A stretch of DNA of 63,934 bases, filler included, from Octopus bimaculoides (GCF_001194135.2; 6 parts of 6 records of this genome joined end to end with filler, not necessarily neighbours in it), one strand, 5' to 3'. Shown: positions 1 to 13,892, numbered from the whole stretch's first letter. A program made the numbers and translations. Notes: generated by a model from the letters alone, not told the origin.

Positions 1-85
1 GTGTTATAGTGCATTGTTGTACCATTCAAAACTTTTTATTCTTTACAAACAATACACAATTCTTCAAGTGAAATACAATATTCTC

Positions 86-86
86 C

Positions 87-152
<66 letters not shown>

Positions 153-395
153 TGTGTGCGTGCGTGTGTGTGTGTGTGTGTTTGTGTGTGTGTCTGTCTG
201 TGTCTGTGTCTGTGTGTGTTTGTCCCCCACCACCGCTTGACAACGGGTATTTGTGTGTTTACATTGTGGTAACTTAAGCAAAAGAAACCAATAGAATAAG
301 CACTAGCCTTAAAGAAAAAGTTCTGGGATAGGCTTGTTGTACTAAATCCCATCCAGGCGGTATGGCTGCAGTCAAATGACAGAGACAAGTAAAAT
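86..395 (+). mobile_element. SINE family C, 3' half with its internal (TA)n(TG)n tract
   Basis: Body tgtcccccaccaccgcttgacaac...aataagcactag and tail aggcggtatggctgcagtcaaatgac match the other copies at 2585-2975, 6991-7399, 12401-12782 and 61486-62274. Confidence 0.8.
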
Positions 396-469
396 ATATA
401 TACATCATCTTTAATAATTTAATTTTTGTTGAATTAGATCGCAATCATGGTGGGCAACCCTCTTACTCA

Positions 470-600
470 TCTGTTTTTCAAACCTGGTATTTATTATGTT
501 GGTTCTTTTTGCCGAACCGCTATGCGGCTAAGTAAGCAGACCAACATAAGTTGTCAAGCGTTGGATGAAGGGAAAAAACAGACACGAATCCACACAGATA
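470..600 (-). mobile_element. SINE family C, decayed fragment
   Basis: Reverse complement matches the family C body (tttttgccgaaccgcta...gttgtcaagcg). Confidence 0.6.
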
Positions 601-1256
601 TATAGATATAGTTGAATAGAATTGGTAAAAAGATCTTAGTCGTATGCTACATAAAGCTTGCCTACTGGTATTGGCTACCAGATGCCATATACAATGAGAA
701 TACTGCTGTCATTGGTTATACCTTTGGAGTTCCATAGTATCCGTAGAGAAGAATAAGAAAGAATGGATTGAACAACATCATTACTTCCATATGACTACAA
801 TTGTTTCCAGACATCATCACATTCACTTTACATTGGTGGGATGATACAATTAACATATTGCGTAATTACTACCATCAATCAAAGGTGTGAAATGTGTTTC
901 TTCGGGTGAGTATTTTGAATGAGTCTCTCGTTTGATCAGACTGTCAATCCACACTGTACAACACTGAATTCCCAAAGTGGTGCCATTTTCAGCAATTTCG
1001 AGACGAAACCAAACCCATAAAGGAAATGACAGGACAAAACAAAAGTATAATCAAAATGCAAGATAAAAACAAAACAAAAACAAAGAAACAAACACAGAAA
1101 AACTCTCATGTCCAATTAACAATAAAATACAATTCTATCTTTACGGTCAGATAATTAGGAAGAAAGAAAAGGAAATTAAGGAAATTAAGCGTTTGGAGAT
1201 AATAATGTGATAAAGTGATAAAGACTGACCATTTCCTGTGATATATATATATATAT

Positions 1257-1298
<42 letters not shown>

Positions 1299-1682
1299 NN
1301 NNNNNNNNNNNNNNNNNNNNNNNNNNNNNNNNNNNNNNNNNNNNNNNNNNNNNNNNNNNNNNNNNNNNNNNNNNNNNNNNNNNNNNNNNNNNNNNNNNNN
1401 NNNNNNNNNNNNNNNNNNNNNNNNNNNNNNNNNNNNNNNNNNNNNNNNNNNNNNNNNNNNNNNNNNNNNNNNNNNNNNNNNNNNNNNNNNNNNNNNNNNN
1501 NNNNNNNNNNNNNNNNNNNNNNNNNNNNNNNNNNNNNNNNNNNNNNNNNNNNNNNNNNNNNNNNNNNNNNNNNNNNNNNNNNNNNNNNNNNNNNNNNNNN
1601 NNNNNNNNNNNNNNNNNNNNNNNNNNNNNNNNNNNNNNNNNNNNNACATGCATACATGCACACACGCACATATATATATATG

Positions 1683-1990
1683 AAGATGCGTGGCTTAGTG
1701 GTTAGGGCATTCGACTCACGATTGTAAGGCCGTGCTTTCAATTCCTGACAATGCGTTGTGTCCTTGAGCAAGACACTTTATTTCATGTTGCTCCAGTCCA
1801 CTCAGCTGGCAAAAATGAGTTGTACCTGTATTTCAAAGGCCCGGCTTTGTCACACTCTGTGTCACGCTGAATGTCCCTGAGAACCTCGTTACATGTGTCT
1901 GTGGAGTGCTCAGCCACTTGCACGTTGATTTCACGAGCAAGCTGTTCCGTTGATCGTATCAGCTGGGACCCTCGTCGTCGTAACCGAAAC
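1683..1990 (+). mobile_element. tRNA-derived SINE family A, full length
   Basis: A-box-like tggcttagtggttagg and B-box-like tttcaattcc, then gtgtccttgagcaagacact and a body ending ccctcgtcgtcgtaaccga. Near-identical copies at 44984-45307 and 47666-47988. Confidence 0.85.
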
Positions 1991-2584
1991 TTCAGGCCTA
2001 CCTAAATTTTATGAGTGGATTTGGTGTATATATATATATATATATATGCATATATTTATGTGTGTGCGTCTTTGTCTCTTTGATTGTCCCGCCCTCNNNN
2101 NNNNNNNNNNNNNNNNNNNNNNNNNNNNNNNNNNNNNNNNNNNNNNNNNNNNNNNNNNNNNNNNNNNNNNNNNNNNNNNNNNNNNNNNNNNNNNNNNNNN
2201 NNNNNNNNNNNNNNNNNNNNNNNNNNNNNNNNNNNNNNNNNNNNNNNNNNNNNNNNNNNNNNNNNNNNNNNNNNNNNNNNNNNNNNNNNNNNNNNNNNNN
2301 NNNNNNNNNNNNNNNNNNNNNNNNNNNNNNNNNNNNNNNNNNNNNNNNNNNNNNNNNNNNNNNNNNNNNNNNNNNNNNNNNNNNNNNNNNNNNNNNNNNN
2401 NNNNNNNNNNNNNNNNNNNNNNNNNNNNNNNNNNNNNNNNNNNNNNNNNNNNNNNNNNNNNNNNNNNNNNNNNNNNNNNNNNNNNNNNNNNNNNNNNNNN
2501 NNNNNNNNNNNNNNNNNNNNNNNNNNNNNNNNNNNNNNNNNNNNNNNNNNNNNNNNNNNNNNNNNNNNNNNNNNNNNNATACTC

Positions 2585-2975
2585 TTTTACATGTTTCAAT
2601 CATTTGACTGCAGCCATGCTGGAGCGCCGCCTTTAGTCGAGCAAATCGACCCCAGGACTTATTCTTTGTAAGCCTAGTACTTATTCTATCGGTCTCTTTT
2701 GCCAGACAGCTAGTTTATGGTGACATAATCACACCAGCATCGGTTGTGAAGCGATGTTGGGGCGACAAACACAGACACACAAACACATACACGCATACAT
2801 ACACATATATATATATACATACATATATACGACGGGCTTCTTTCAGTTTCGGCGTACAAAATCTTCTCACAAGGCTTTGGTCGTCCCGAGGCTATAACTC
2901 ACCCAAGGTGCCACGCAGTAGGACTGAACCCGGAACCATGTGGTTCGTAAGCAAGCTACTTACCACACAGCCACA
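2585..2975 (-). mobile_element. tRNA-derived SINE family C, full length
   Basis: Tail (catttgactgcagccatgctggagc), body, internal CA/TA tract and tRNA head (ggactgaacccggaaccatgtgg...accacacagccac) all read on the minus strand. Confidence 0.85.
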
Positions 2976-3039
2976 CACACACACACACTGAAAGAAGTAA
3001 ATGTTTTACACACAGCTATATACAACGACATAAATGATC

Positions 3040-3285
3040 AGAAGTCCTTTCCGAACCATAGGCTCATAAGTCCGGTTTTCCGGATTCTGTGACGTTCATC
3101 CTCACCTCAACCCTTCACGAGACGTTTGTCCGTCGCAGGATTATTTACTTTCGCCAGCAGAGTGGACTGGATCAAAGAGGCACAAAGTGCTCTAGAACAC
3201 AACGCGTCGGCCCAGGAATCGAAACCGCAATCTTATCGTTAGTGCAACACCCTGAACACTAAGCTACACACCTTCATTATAAGCA
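3040..3285 (-). mobile_element. SINE family A-related variant, decayed
   Basis: gccagcagagtggactgga...acacaacgcgtcg...ggaatcgaaacc...cactaagctacac is the reverse complement of the family A head joined to a different body. Confidence 0.65.
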
Positions 3286-3333
3286 CATAAGCTGACATAC
3301 ATACATACATAAGACTGACTGCCTGTATGTCAG

Positions 3334-3937
<604 letters not shown>

Positions 3938-5270
3938 CTTTCTCTCTCTCACTCACTGTATATANNNNNNNNNNNNNNNNNNNNNNNNNNNNNNNNNNNN
4001 NNNNNNNNNNNNNNNNNNNNNNNNNNNNNNNNNNNNNNNNNNNNNNNNNNNNNNNNNNNNNNNNNNNNNNNNNNNNNNNNNNNNNNNNNNNNNNNNNNNN
4101 NNNNNNNNNNNNNNNNNNNNNNNNNNNNNNNNNNNNNNNNNNNNNNNNNNNNNNNNNNNNNNNNNNNNNNNNNNNNNNNNNNNNNNNNNNNNNNNNNNNN
4201 NNNNNNNNNNNNNNNNNNNNNNNNNNNNNNNNNNNNNNNNNNNNNNNNNNNNNNNNNNNNNNNNNNNNNNNNNNNNNNNNNNNNNNNNNNNNNNNNNNNN
4301 NNNNNNNNNNNNNNNNNNNNNNNNNNNNNNNNNNNNNNNNNNNNNNNNNNNNNNNNNNNNNNNNNNNNNNNNNNNNNNNNNNNNNNNNNNNNNNNNNNNN
4401 NNNNNNNNNNNNNNNNNNNNNNNNNNNNNNNNNNNNNNNNNNNNNNNNNNNNNNNNNNNNNNNNNNNNNNNNNNNNNNNNNNNNNNNNNNNNNNNNNNNN
4501 NNNNNNNNNNNNNNNNNNNNNNNNNNNNNNNNNNNNNNNNNNNNNNNNNNNNNNNNNNNNNNNNNNNNNNNNNNNNNNNNNNNNNNNNNNNNNNNNNNNN
4601 NNNNNNNNNNNNNNNNNNNNNNNNNNNNNNNNNNNNNNNNNNNNNNNNNNNNNNNNNNNNNNNNNNNNNNNNNNNNNNNNNNNNNNNNNNNNNNNNNNNN
4701 NNNNNNNNNNNNNNNNNNNNNNNNNNNNNNNNNNNNNNNNNNNNNNNNNNNNNNNNNNNNNNNNNNNNNNNNNNNNNNNNNNNNNNNNNNNNNNNNNNNN
4801 NNNNNNNNNNNNNNNNNNNNNNNNNNNNNNNNNNNNNNNNNNNNNNNNNNNNNNNNNNNNNNNNNNNNNNNNNNNNNNNNNNNNNNNNNNNNATATAATG
4901 AAATGTTTTGCTCAAGGACACAAAACACTGCCAGGCTCGAAAATCGAACCCACGATATCACGATCTTGAGTACAACACTCTAGCTACTAGGTCATGCAAT
5001 TTCACATATATTTATAGCGATTTGTTACTCATTCACTTAGGGTGTAAATAGGGGCGTATCGCGTCCCTGTGGCAGCAACCTTTATTTAATTGTGAGACAA
5101 GACCAGTGTGATTTAGTGTAATACGACTAACCCCTTTGAATTACAGGTACAATTCATCAGAGGGGCTTCTTTGGAGTTTCAAGATATATAGGTTTAGTTA
5201 CAAGGCTGGGGTAGACTCGAGGCTACGGCAAAATACACTTGGCTACTAGAATCGAATTCGGAACTTTCCC

Positions 5271-5457
5271 GATTACAAAACGAAGTTTTTTAACCATTCG
5301 GCCAAAAATATAAAATGAATGACATGAGCAGATCAAGGCGAATCACATTGTTGAATAAAAGGTAAGCCAGATGTATAACTGGTACTGGCTTGAATTACTG
5401 TGGTGTAAGGGATACTACTCAACCGGATTACAAAACGAAGTTTTTTAACCATTCGGC
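5271..5457. repeat. 32-bp direct repeat (5271-5302, 5426-5457) flanking a 123-bp block copied from 7760-7885
   Basis: gattacaaaacgaagttttttaaccattcggc occurs twice. The enclosed block matches 7760-7860 with one mismatch in 101 nt. Confidence 0.9.
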
Positions 5458-5894
5458 TACACCTGTTAACTACAACAACCTCAACAACAAGTGTCAATCA
5501 CGCAAAGCAGATGTCTAAAACGAAAATATCGATCTGGTCGATGAGAGACTGAGAAATAAATAGATAAAGGTATTATTAGAGTGACAGAGGCAGACATAGA
5601 GAACTGGAGTGGGGAGAATGACAGATAACTAGAAAGATAGATAGAGACAGAGAAAGAGAGGTGGGGGGAGAAAGAATGAGAGAGACAAAGAGATAGAGTG
5701 AGATTTGCAAAGCTAACCTTATAACAGTTTTCTCAACATTAGAAGCTTTTGTGTTTTTTGCTGTTGATATTTTTTTTGCGTTAGTGCTAAATTGCTTTTC
5801 ATAAACCAATTTACGTGACGCGTTTTCTTAAGATTCACACCCGTTCATCCTTTTTGATACATCCATCCATACATGCATATATACATACATACAT

Positions 5895-5929
<35 letters not shown>

Positions 5930-6990
5930 NNNNNNNNNNNNNNNNNNNNNNNNNNNNNNNNNNNNNNNNNNNNNNNNNNNNNNNNNNNNNNNNNNNNNNN
6001 NNNNNNNNNNNNNNNNNNNNNNNNNNNNNNNNNNNNNNNNNNNNNNNNNNNNNNNNNNNNNNNNNNNNNNNNNNNNNNNNNNNNNNNNNNNNNNNNNNNN
6101 NNNNNNNNNNNNNNNNNNNNNNNNNNNNNNNNNNNNNNNNNNNNNNNNNNNNNNNNNNNNNNNNNNNNNNNNNNNNNNNNNNNNNNNNNNNNNNNNNNNN
6201 NNNTATATATATGTAAATATATGTGTATATATATACATATATGTATATATAAATAGATATATGGATAGTATGTACAAAGAATTTTTCGATATATATATAT
6301 ATATAGATAGATACATAGATATATATGTACATTTATATATGTATGTGTATGCCTGTACACATACCTACATATATATATATAAATATATATATACTCACTC
6401 ACACGCGCACACGCGCAGACTCCCACCACACAAATACATAAAATACGCAACAATAGAAACTAGACATAAAAAAGGAACTCCACAAAATGAAATTTTTTAT
6501 ACATACAAAGAAATATACATACATAGATACGCACATACATGCATACATACATACATACATACATGCATACATACATGAATTCATGCATACATGCACACGT
6601 GCATACATAAACGCATTCATGTATGCATACATACATAAATACATAAAAACATACATAAAAACATACATAAAAACATACATAAATACATACATATATCGTG
6701 AATGCGTTCACTCATACATATATATACGTCTGAGTCGCAACTTCTTTGGGTGTGCATGTGTGTATGTGTGCGTACGTGTGTGTATGTGTGCGTGCGTGTG
6801 TGTATGTGTACATGTATGTTTATATGTGACGCATTAGCATGGCCAATTGGTTAAGAAGATTGATTCATAATTTGAAGTGACGTGTTCAATTATACAAAGC
6901 GTGGCGTCATATATACATATGTGTGTGTGTGTGCGAGCTCGCCTGTGTGTGTGTATATATAGTATTATGTAAAGTATATATAATATATAT

Positions 6991-7399
6991 CATGCTTGTG
7001 GTAAGAAGCTAGCTTACCAGCCTCATGGTTCCAGGTTCAATCCCACTGCGTGACACCTTGTGCGAGTGTCTTCTTCTATAGCCAGGGTTGATCGAAGTCT
7101 TGTGAGCGGATTTGGTAGACGGAAACTGAAAGAAGCCTGTCTTATATATATATACATGTATGTATATATTTGTGTGTGTGCATTTGTGTCTGTCTTTGTC
7201 TCTCTAGTACCGCTTGACGACCGGTGTCGATGTATTTACTTCCCCGTAACATTGCGGTTCGGCAAGGAGACCGATAGAATAAATACTAAGCATTACACAC
7301 TAAGTCCTGAGTCGATTTATTTGACTAAAAACCATTCAAGGTGATGCTCCAGCATGACCGCAGTGAAATTACTAAAACAAATAAAAGAATATAAGAATA
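6991..7399 (+). mobile_element. tRNA-derived SINE family C, full length
   Basis: Head gtggtaagaagc...ggttcaatcccactgcg, internal TA/TG tract, tail aaggtgatgctccagcatgaccgcagt...aaaagaat. Confidence 0.85.
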
Positions 7400-7509
7400 T
7401 ATATATATATATAGTCTTTTCTACTCTAGGCAGAAGGCCCTAAATTTTGGGGGAGGGGGCCAGTCGATTAGATTGACCTCAGTATGCAACTGGTACTTAA
7501 TTTACCAAC

Positions 7510-7573
<64 letters not shown>

Positions 7574-8170
7574 ATCTATATATATATATATATATACAAA
7601 TTATAAGTATTACAGTTAAAAATTATTATTCAAAAGTAACAATTTACACCAGTGGCCAGCATGTGTAAAAAAACGTCCAAGGATTGCAATTATATTCAAA
7701 TATAAGAGGAAAGTCAGCATATAAGGAAACCACCAAGTGGTTTCCTTACATGTAATCGTCAAAAATATAAAATGAATGACATGAGCAGATCAAGGCGAAT
7801 CACATTGTTGAATAAAGGGTAAGCCAGATGTATAACTGGTACTGGCTTGAATTACTGTGGAGTAAAGGGGTGCTACCCAATCCTGTCATAATCATCGTTG
7901 AATGACTTACTCAGTGACTCTTCTCAGACCTGTTGGCTACGGAGTTACGTCAATGAGATAAGAGCCTTTTGGGTCAATGATCGAAAACCGATCGCGTCAT
8001 ATCGATAGCTGTGGATTGCTCTTTAAAGGCAGATGTAGGTGTAAACTTCATCAACGATCACTGCACTTTTGTTTTAAAATATCGGACACGTGATAGGTCG
8101 ATACGTATTCCTATCCTATCAGAGACTCTTTTCCCTTTTTTTCTGTCTCAGATTATTCTTCATAATTCTT

Positions 8171-9649
8171 TCTATATAAAATTCTTTGTCTGTCTGATTG
8201 TCTGTCTGTTGTCTGTTTGTTTGTCTGTTGTCTGTTTGTCTGTCTGTTGTCTGTTTGTCTGTCAGTTGTCTGTTCCCTATAAATTCTCAAACGGCTAGAC
8301 GAAATCAAATCAAATTTACCAGGTAATGAGTGTCAACATGTAATTTTTCTTTTATTTGGATTAAAACAATATAACATCGGCACTGGTTCGGTATTACGTG
8401 TTAAAAGCCGAAGAATAACATTTATATTGTAATGTAATATAATACTGATTCACTTTTATTCTTTCACTTTTAATTCTAATGTGATAACATTTTAATTTAT
8501 ACTGCAAACAAAAAATAAAGATGTATTACATACATACAACTGTTTACAAAAACAGATTAATGTATAATTTTTTTCTATGTTCATAATGTCTTGTTTACAA
8601 TATTGAAAAATATAAGTCACCAAAGAAAGGACGTAATCTCTTCAGCAACAAATATAAAGCCAGGACGATTGTAGAAAACCGAAGGCGAGAGTCTCAAGAG
8701 AGAAGGGAGACGAGACTTTCCTAAGATCAGCAAACGCGTACTGCAGCACATCAAATGGAGTCTCAATACAGAAGGGAGAGGAGACTTACCCAAGATCAGC
8801 AAAGACATGATGCAGCACTTAATGTTGAATCATTAAAACAACGTTTTAATGATTAGACAGAGGTCCAATACAATAGCCCTCAAAAACAAACTACGTACAA
8901 ATCAGTTCTTCACAACTCCTGGAGCTGCTTTCAGATATGATCCATCCCATTCTTATAAAAATGATAATTTTGTCCAAATTAGTGTGCTAAACTCAAATTG
9001 TCGCTTCTACAAAGCTTTAAAATTTCCAAATGAAACTAATGGCATGCGATGCTCAGGCGGTAACATAAGATTGCCAGTACTACCATCTCCTCCTCAACCC
9101 CTTATAGATCTTCTGGAAGGCACTTCCATCCAGTCAAAGGATTTTCTGAACAACACAACTCTGCATTTCAAATAACATCGTTTGGTGTATCTAAAGAGAT
9201 AGTTGAACATGAATTTACGCCGAAGTTTAAGCTTTCAGGGGAAAGTCTATCATGTTATTGTTTCCCTGTTACCCACAAATGAAGAAATACTCTTCATCCA
9301 AATTTACTTCGTGAGGGATGTAGGCCAAGAAACCTGAAGGAGGTGTCAATGCTTCAGACGATGTGTCGTATTAGACGCAGCGCCGACTGCCGCAACGGAG
9401 AGTATATCCACTAACAACTTTTCAGTGCGTTCAAAAATCATATACCTCCACTCCCAATTTCTCATGACAGATTAGAGCCTAGAGTATTCCGAACGGACAT
9501 ATATGTTGCTCAGTCGAATTAACCCATCATTTACTCCAAAAATGTTTTGTTGTCAATGATGAACTTTCTCGTATCACATGTTTCAACGAAACTGTAATAT
9601 AAATACAGACTATGCCATTTTAATCCCGAGCAACACCGGGTATCTCTAG
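8171..9649 (+). mobile_element. Helitron, internally deleted, with both termini
   Basis: 5' TCTATATAAAA followed by a (TGTC)n-like tract. The 3' end has hairpin CCCG-agcaacac-CGGG (9625-9640), then CTAG (9646-9649) and a flanking T. It encloses a RepHel remnant. The 5' limit is less certain because it is preceded by T rather than A. Confidence 0.8.
8660..9330 (+). pseudogene. Helitron Rep/helicase N-terminal remnant (frameshifted)
   Basis: Translation shows ESQERRETRL-type repeats, AFRYDP...C.F.KALKF.NE..GM.CSGG.IRLP.L..PP.PL..LL.G...SK.FL, then NSAFQITSFG and QGKVYH.I.SLLP...FIQIYF, all typical of the Helitron RepHel N-terminus. Confidence 0.85.
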
Positions 9650-9894
9650 TATTTCATATTATTTCATATCGAAAGATTTTGATTTACAGTTTTCAGATTT
9701 TTAAACTAGTTTTTACGAAATTCTTACAATTTCTCTTTGGTGCTAATCGTGTATCACCCTATTTCATTCCCCTTAGAAATCCTCAGCATGATTTAACCCT
9801 ATAACTTAGTAACTAGCATCAATAACTTTGAAACCACCGCCAACAACAGTAACAGTAGCAATGAGAACAATAACACTGACAGCAAAAACGAAAA

Positions 9895-9910
9895 CGACAA
9901 TAATAATAAC

Positions 9911-9967
<57 letters not shown>

Positions 9968-9968
9968 C

Positions 9969-10000
<32 letters not shown>

Positions 10001-10001
10001 C

Positions 10002-10039
<38 letters not shown>

Positions 10040-10118
10040 CATAATAATAATAATAATAATAATAATCATAATAATAATCATAATAATAATCATAATAATA
10101 ATAATAATAATAATAATC

Positions 10119-10153
<35 letters not shown>

Positions 10154-10154
10154 C

Positions 10155-10189
<35 letters not shown>

Positions 10190-10198
10190 CATAATAAA

Positions 10199-10255
<57 letters not shown>

Positions 10256-10265
10256 CATAATAATC

Positions 10266-10341
<76 letters not shown>

Positions 10342-10515
10342 AGTGATTTTAAATTCTCAAGCGCAGGAGAATGCTAATAATATAGCCTGAACAGGATAAG
10401 CTACCCCTATTTTGTAGAAAAAAGTGTTGGCGGCCGGCTACGAGACTCGAACTCACACCTCCGTGATTACGCGTCGCGGTGCTCTAAACCATTAAACTAA
10501 TAATAATAATAAAAA

Positions 10516-10563
<48 letters not shown>

Positions 10564-10573
10564 TAAAAATAAA

Positions 10574-10635
<62 letters not shown>
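9895..10635. repeat. (AAT)n microsatellites with ATC interruptions
   Basis: Directly visible; source of the poly-Ile ORFs. Confidence 0.95.
10433..10500 (-). pseudogene. tRNA-like sequence (tRNA pseudogene or solo SINE head), Thr(CGT)-like loop
   Basis: Minus strand reads TAGTTTAATGGTTTAGAGC-A-CCGCGA-CGCGTAA-TCACGG-AGGTGTGA-GTTCGAGTC-TCGTAGCCGGC. A and B boxes and an anticodon arm are present; the 5' acceptor strand is replaced by AAT repeat. Confidence 0.6.
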
Positions 10636-11863
10636 AAGTAGTAATAGCAATGACAGCAGCAACAAAAATAACACCAAGAACATGGACCACAGCAAAAGCA
10701 ACAACAACAGCAAGAACAATGAAATCAATAACTACGATGTAATATCAGCACGAATTATTCATTATAACCTTTTTTTTATCTGACGTGGTTTCTCATGATA
10801 TGATATGTGAAACCCCAGCTTGGGCTGGAAGAAACTTTCTCAAAGTGAAAAAAGAGTTTGAGAATAATATTTGTTGCTTTTTCTTTTGCAGTTGATGTTC
10901 AATAATTGCTATCTCTCTCTCTGTACGGGACGAAACATAGGCACGCACATGTGCACATACACGCGCACACACACATATTTGCAAACGAACACTCACACGC
11001 ACACACATTCACACAAACACATGCCCACTTTCACTTACACATGTATACACACGCAGAGACACGCAGAGACACGCGCATATTATCACTCGCGCATATAAGC
11101 ATACACACATAGTATGGCATACATGCATGCAAGCATACATATTTTCCCCATACATATACACATAGCAACAAACACATGCACACATATATACATACATACG
11201 TACATAGTAAAGCATACAAACGCACATATTCAATCAACGTTCAACAATAGATTCTATAATCACACGTACACATTCAAATACGTATACAACACAAGAACGA
11301 CGACGACAGCAAAAAATAAATAAATAGAAATAAAAACACAAAAAAAGTATCACAAAAGCAATTACAAGAATAAGAAGATCAACAGCAACAACAACAATAA
11401 CAACAACGGCCACAGAACATACTGTGCAGCAAAATAGACTCAATATGGATATGTAATAGTAAAAGTGAATTAGATGAGTTTAGTTATTCCACGATGCAAA
11501 CTTAATCCCGTTGAGAAAAATCATCCTGTATACATTAGATAGTTAATTCGGGTTGTCCGCTTTCTTAACCAAACAAAGCGGGTATTAATGGTGGATGCTG
11601 AGTGGTGTTAGGAGGGAAAATAATATTCTTTTGTTACTCCGTTCTTCCGTCCCTACGTCCACCCACGACGCCCCGGGCCATGCCTGCCAGCGATTCCAAA
11701 CTTTAAATGGGAATTAATCATAACGAATAGAAAAGGAAAGGAAAGATATTAATGTTTGCAATAATCTGTGTTAAATCTGCTGGAGTTCATACACACGCAC
11801 AGTTGGCACAGACAAACATACATGCATATGTAATACATACATACGAATATATATATATACACA

Positions 11864-11902
<39 letters not shown>

Positions 11903-12400
11903 TTATCCGAACGGTAGCTACATAGATATATGTCAATATTTACACTGAGAGATACAACATACACATTTGGAAATATGTGGGGGGATCTCGACCACACAAG
12001 CTTTTAAATATTCACACACGTATTGTTTTAAGTAATTACACATACAATCGGACATTCGGAAACGCACAAGATCTGCCATGTGACTTACACATACATATAT
12101 TCATAGAAACACACACACGCGCGCAAACTTGCACATATTATACAGATATTCGCATTCAAAGAACGTCCAATCATACAATCTGTCCTGATACAAACGCATA
12201 CATCTATTTACTTATGCACACACATGTATCCAATCAATGTTCATGTGGTCTATCACGTTACACATACGCTACCTAAACACACACACATACTCATAGACAC
12301 GCATACACAGGTACATTCGGAAGGCAGCAAGAATTAAATCACACACATATATACGGTAGCACACAGACATACACATACATACGCACGTCAGCATTCACTC

Positions 12401-12782
12401 GCGCACGTTGTAACAAACGGTAGAATTTCCATAACCATATGGTTCCGGGTTCAGTCTCATTGCATGGCGCATTGGGCAAGTGTCTTCATCTGTAACCTCG
12501 GGCCGACCAAAACCTTGTGATTGGATTTGGTATCTGTGTATATATGTGTGAGTTTGTGTTTGTTTTTGCCCCCCACCGCACCGCTTGACAATTGGTGTTG
12601 GTGTGTTTACCTCCCAGTAACTTAGCGGTTCAGCTATAGATACCGATAGGATAAGTACTAGGTTTAAAAAGAAAATAAGCATTGAGGTCGAGGCATTCGA
12701 CTAAAGATTCTTCAAGGCGGTGCCCCAGTATGGCCGCAGTCTAATGACTGAAACATATAAAAGATAAAAGATAAAAGATAAA
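12401..12782 (+). mobile_element. tRNA-derived SINE family C
   Basis: ggttccgggttcagtc head remnant, body, and tail ttcttcaaggcggtgccccagtatggccgcagtctaatgactgaaac ending in (taaaaga)n. Confidence 0.85.
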
Positions 12783-13275
12783 TATGATTGCATCAAACAC
12801 GCATATACACATAAACACACATACACAAATACACGCACATACACACACACATACATATACACACATCCATACATACATACATACACACATACATACACAC
12901 ACATACACACACAAACACGCATACACACCTACACACACACAAACACGCATACACACCTACACACACACAAACACGCATACACACCTACACACATATACAA
13001 ACACATACGCACATACATTCACGCACATACACACACACACATACACACACATAAACACACACATACATAGACGCATTCAACTAACGTTCAAACAAATTTT
13101 ATTATGACATATACACTCATAAACACACATATAGACACATGCACACACGTACACTTACACATAGACACACACATACACAAACACATACAAACACATGCAC
13201 GCACATAAACACACATATACGTTGTCATGCACACATATATGGACACATAATCAGATATGCGTAAAAAGTATCAAA

Positions 13276-13321
<46 letters not shown>

Positions 13322-13469
13322 TATCACATCGATGCACAACACTATCAGATGCACATATTCAACAGAGACTCCCCTCTCCTACCACACAGTTTATCCCAGT
13401 TCACACACATACCTATACACGCACATTAACACACAATCAAACTATAAAAAGCTATCTAGCACACACACA

Positions 13470-13512
<43 letters not shown>

Positions 13513-13821
13513 TCAAGCAAATACTTACTCATACTCAAGCACACACGCATACTATACTATCATATGCTATCACACACACACATACACACACCTACATATA
13601 CGCATACACATAAATTATCACACGTACACTATCACCCAACGTTCAAACCGTTGAGTGTATCACTGCACATACACACACACACTCACACACACGCGCATAC
13701 ACACACCTACGCACATACACACACATACACACACATACGTATATATATATATATATACACCTACGCACACGTTCATCAATAAAAGAAATCAATCAGTATT
13801 TCATTACAGCGAAATGCAGTA

Positions 13822-13892
13822 AAGATGGCGGAGGCGATAGTGAAAAGACAGACGGTTTGAAATGGAGATTTAGTGTAGTACCAAGATGGCGG
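13822..13892 (+). promoter_or_regulatory. Pair of YY1-type motifs (AAGATGGCGG)
   Basis: Exact AAGATGGCGG at 13822-13831 and CAAGATGGCGG at 13882-13892 in a non-repetitive island. Function is untested. Confidence 0.35.

Noticed and set aside
620-1000. Possible RTE reverse transcriptase fragment (AY.., DAIY.EN.AVI, WDD)
   Set aside because: The motifs are too degenerate and their spacing does not fit; left unassigned.
5271-5457. Repeat-spacer-repeat resembling CRISPR
   Set aside because: There are only two repeats, the 123-bp spacer has a local copy, the context is eukaryotic and there are no cas genes.
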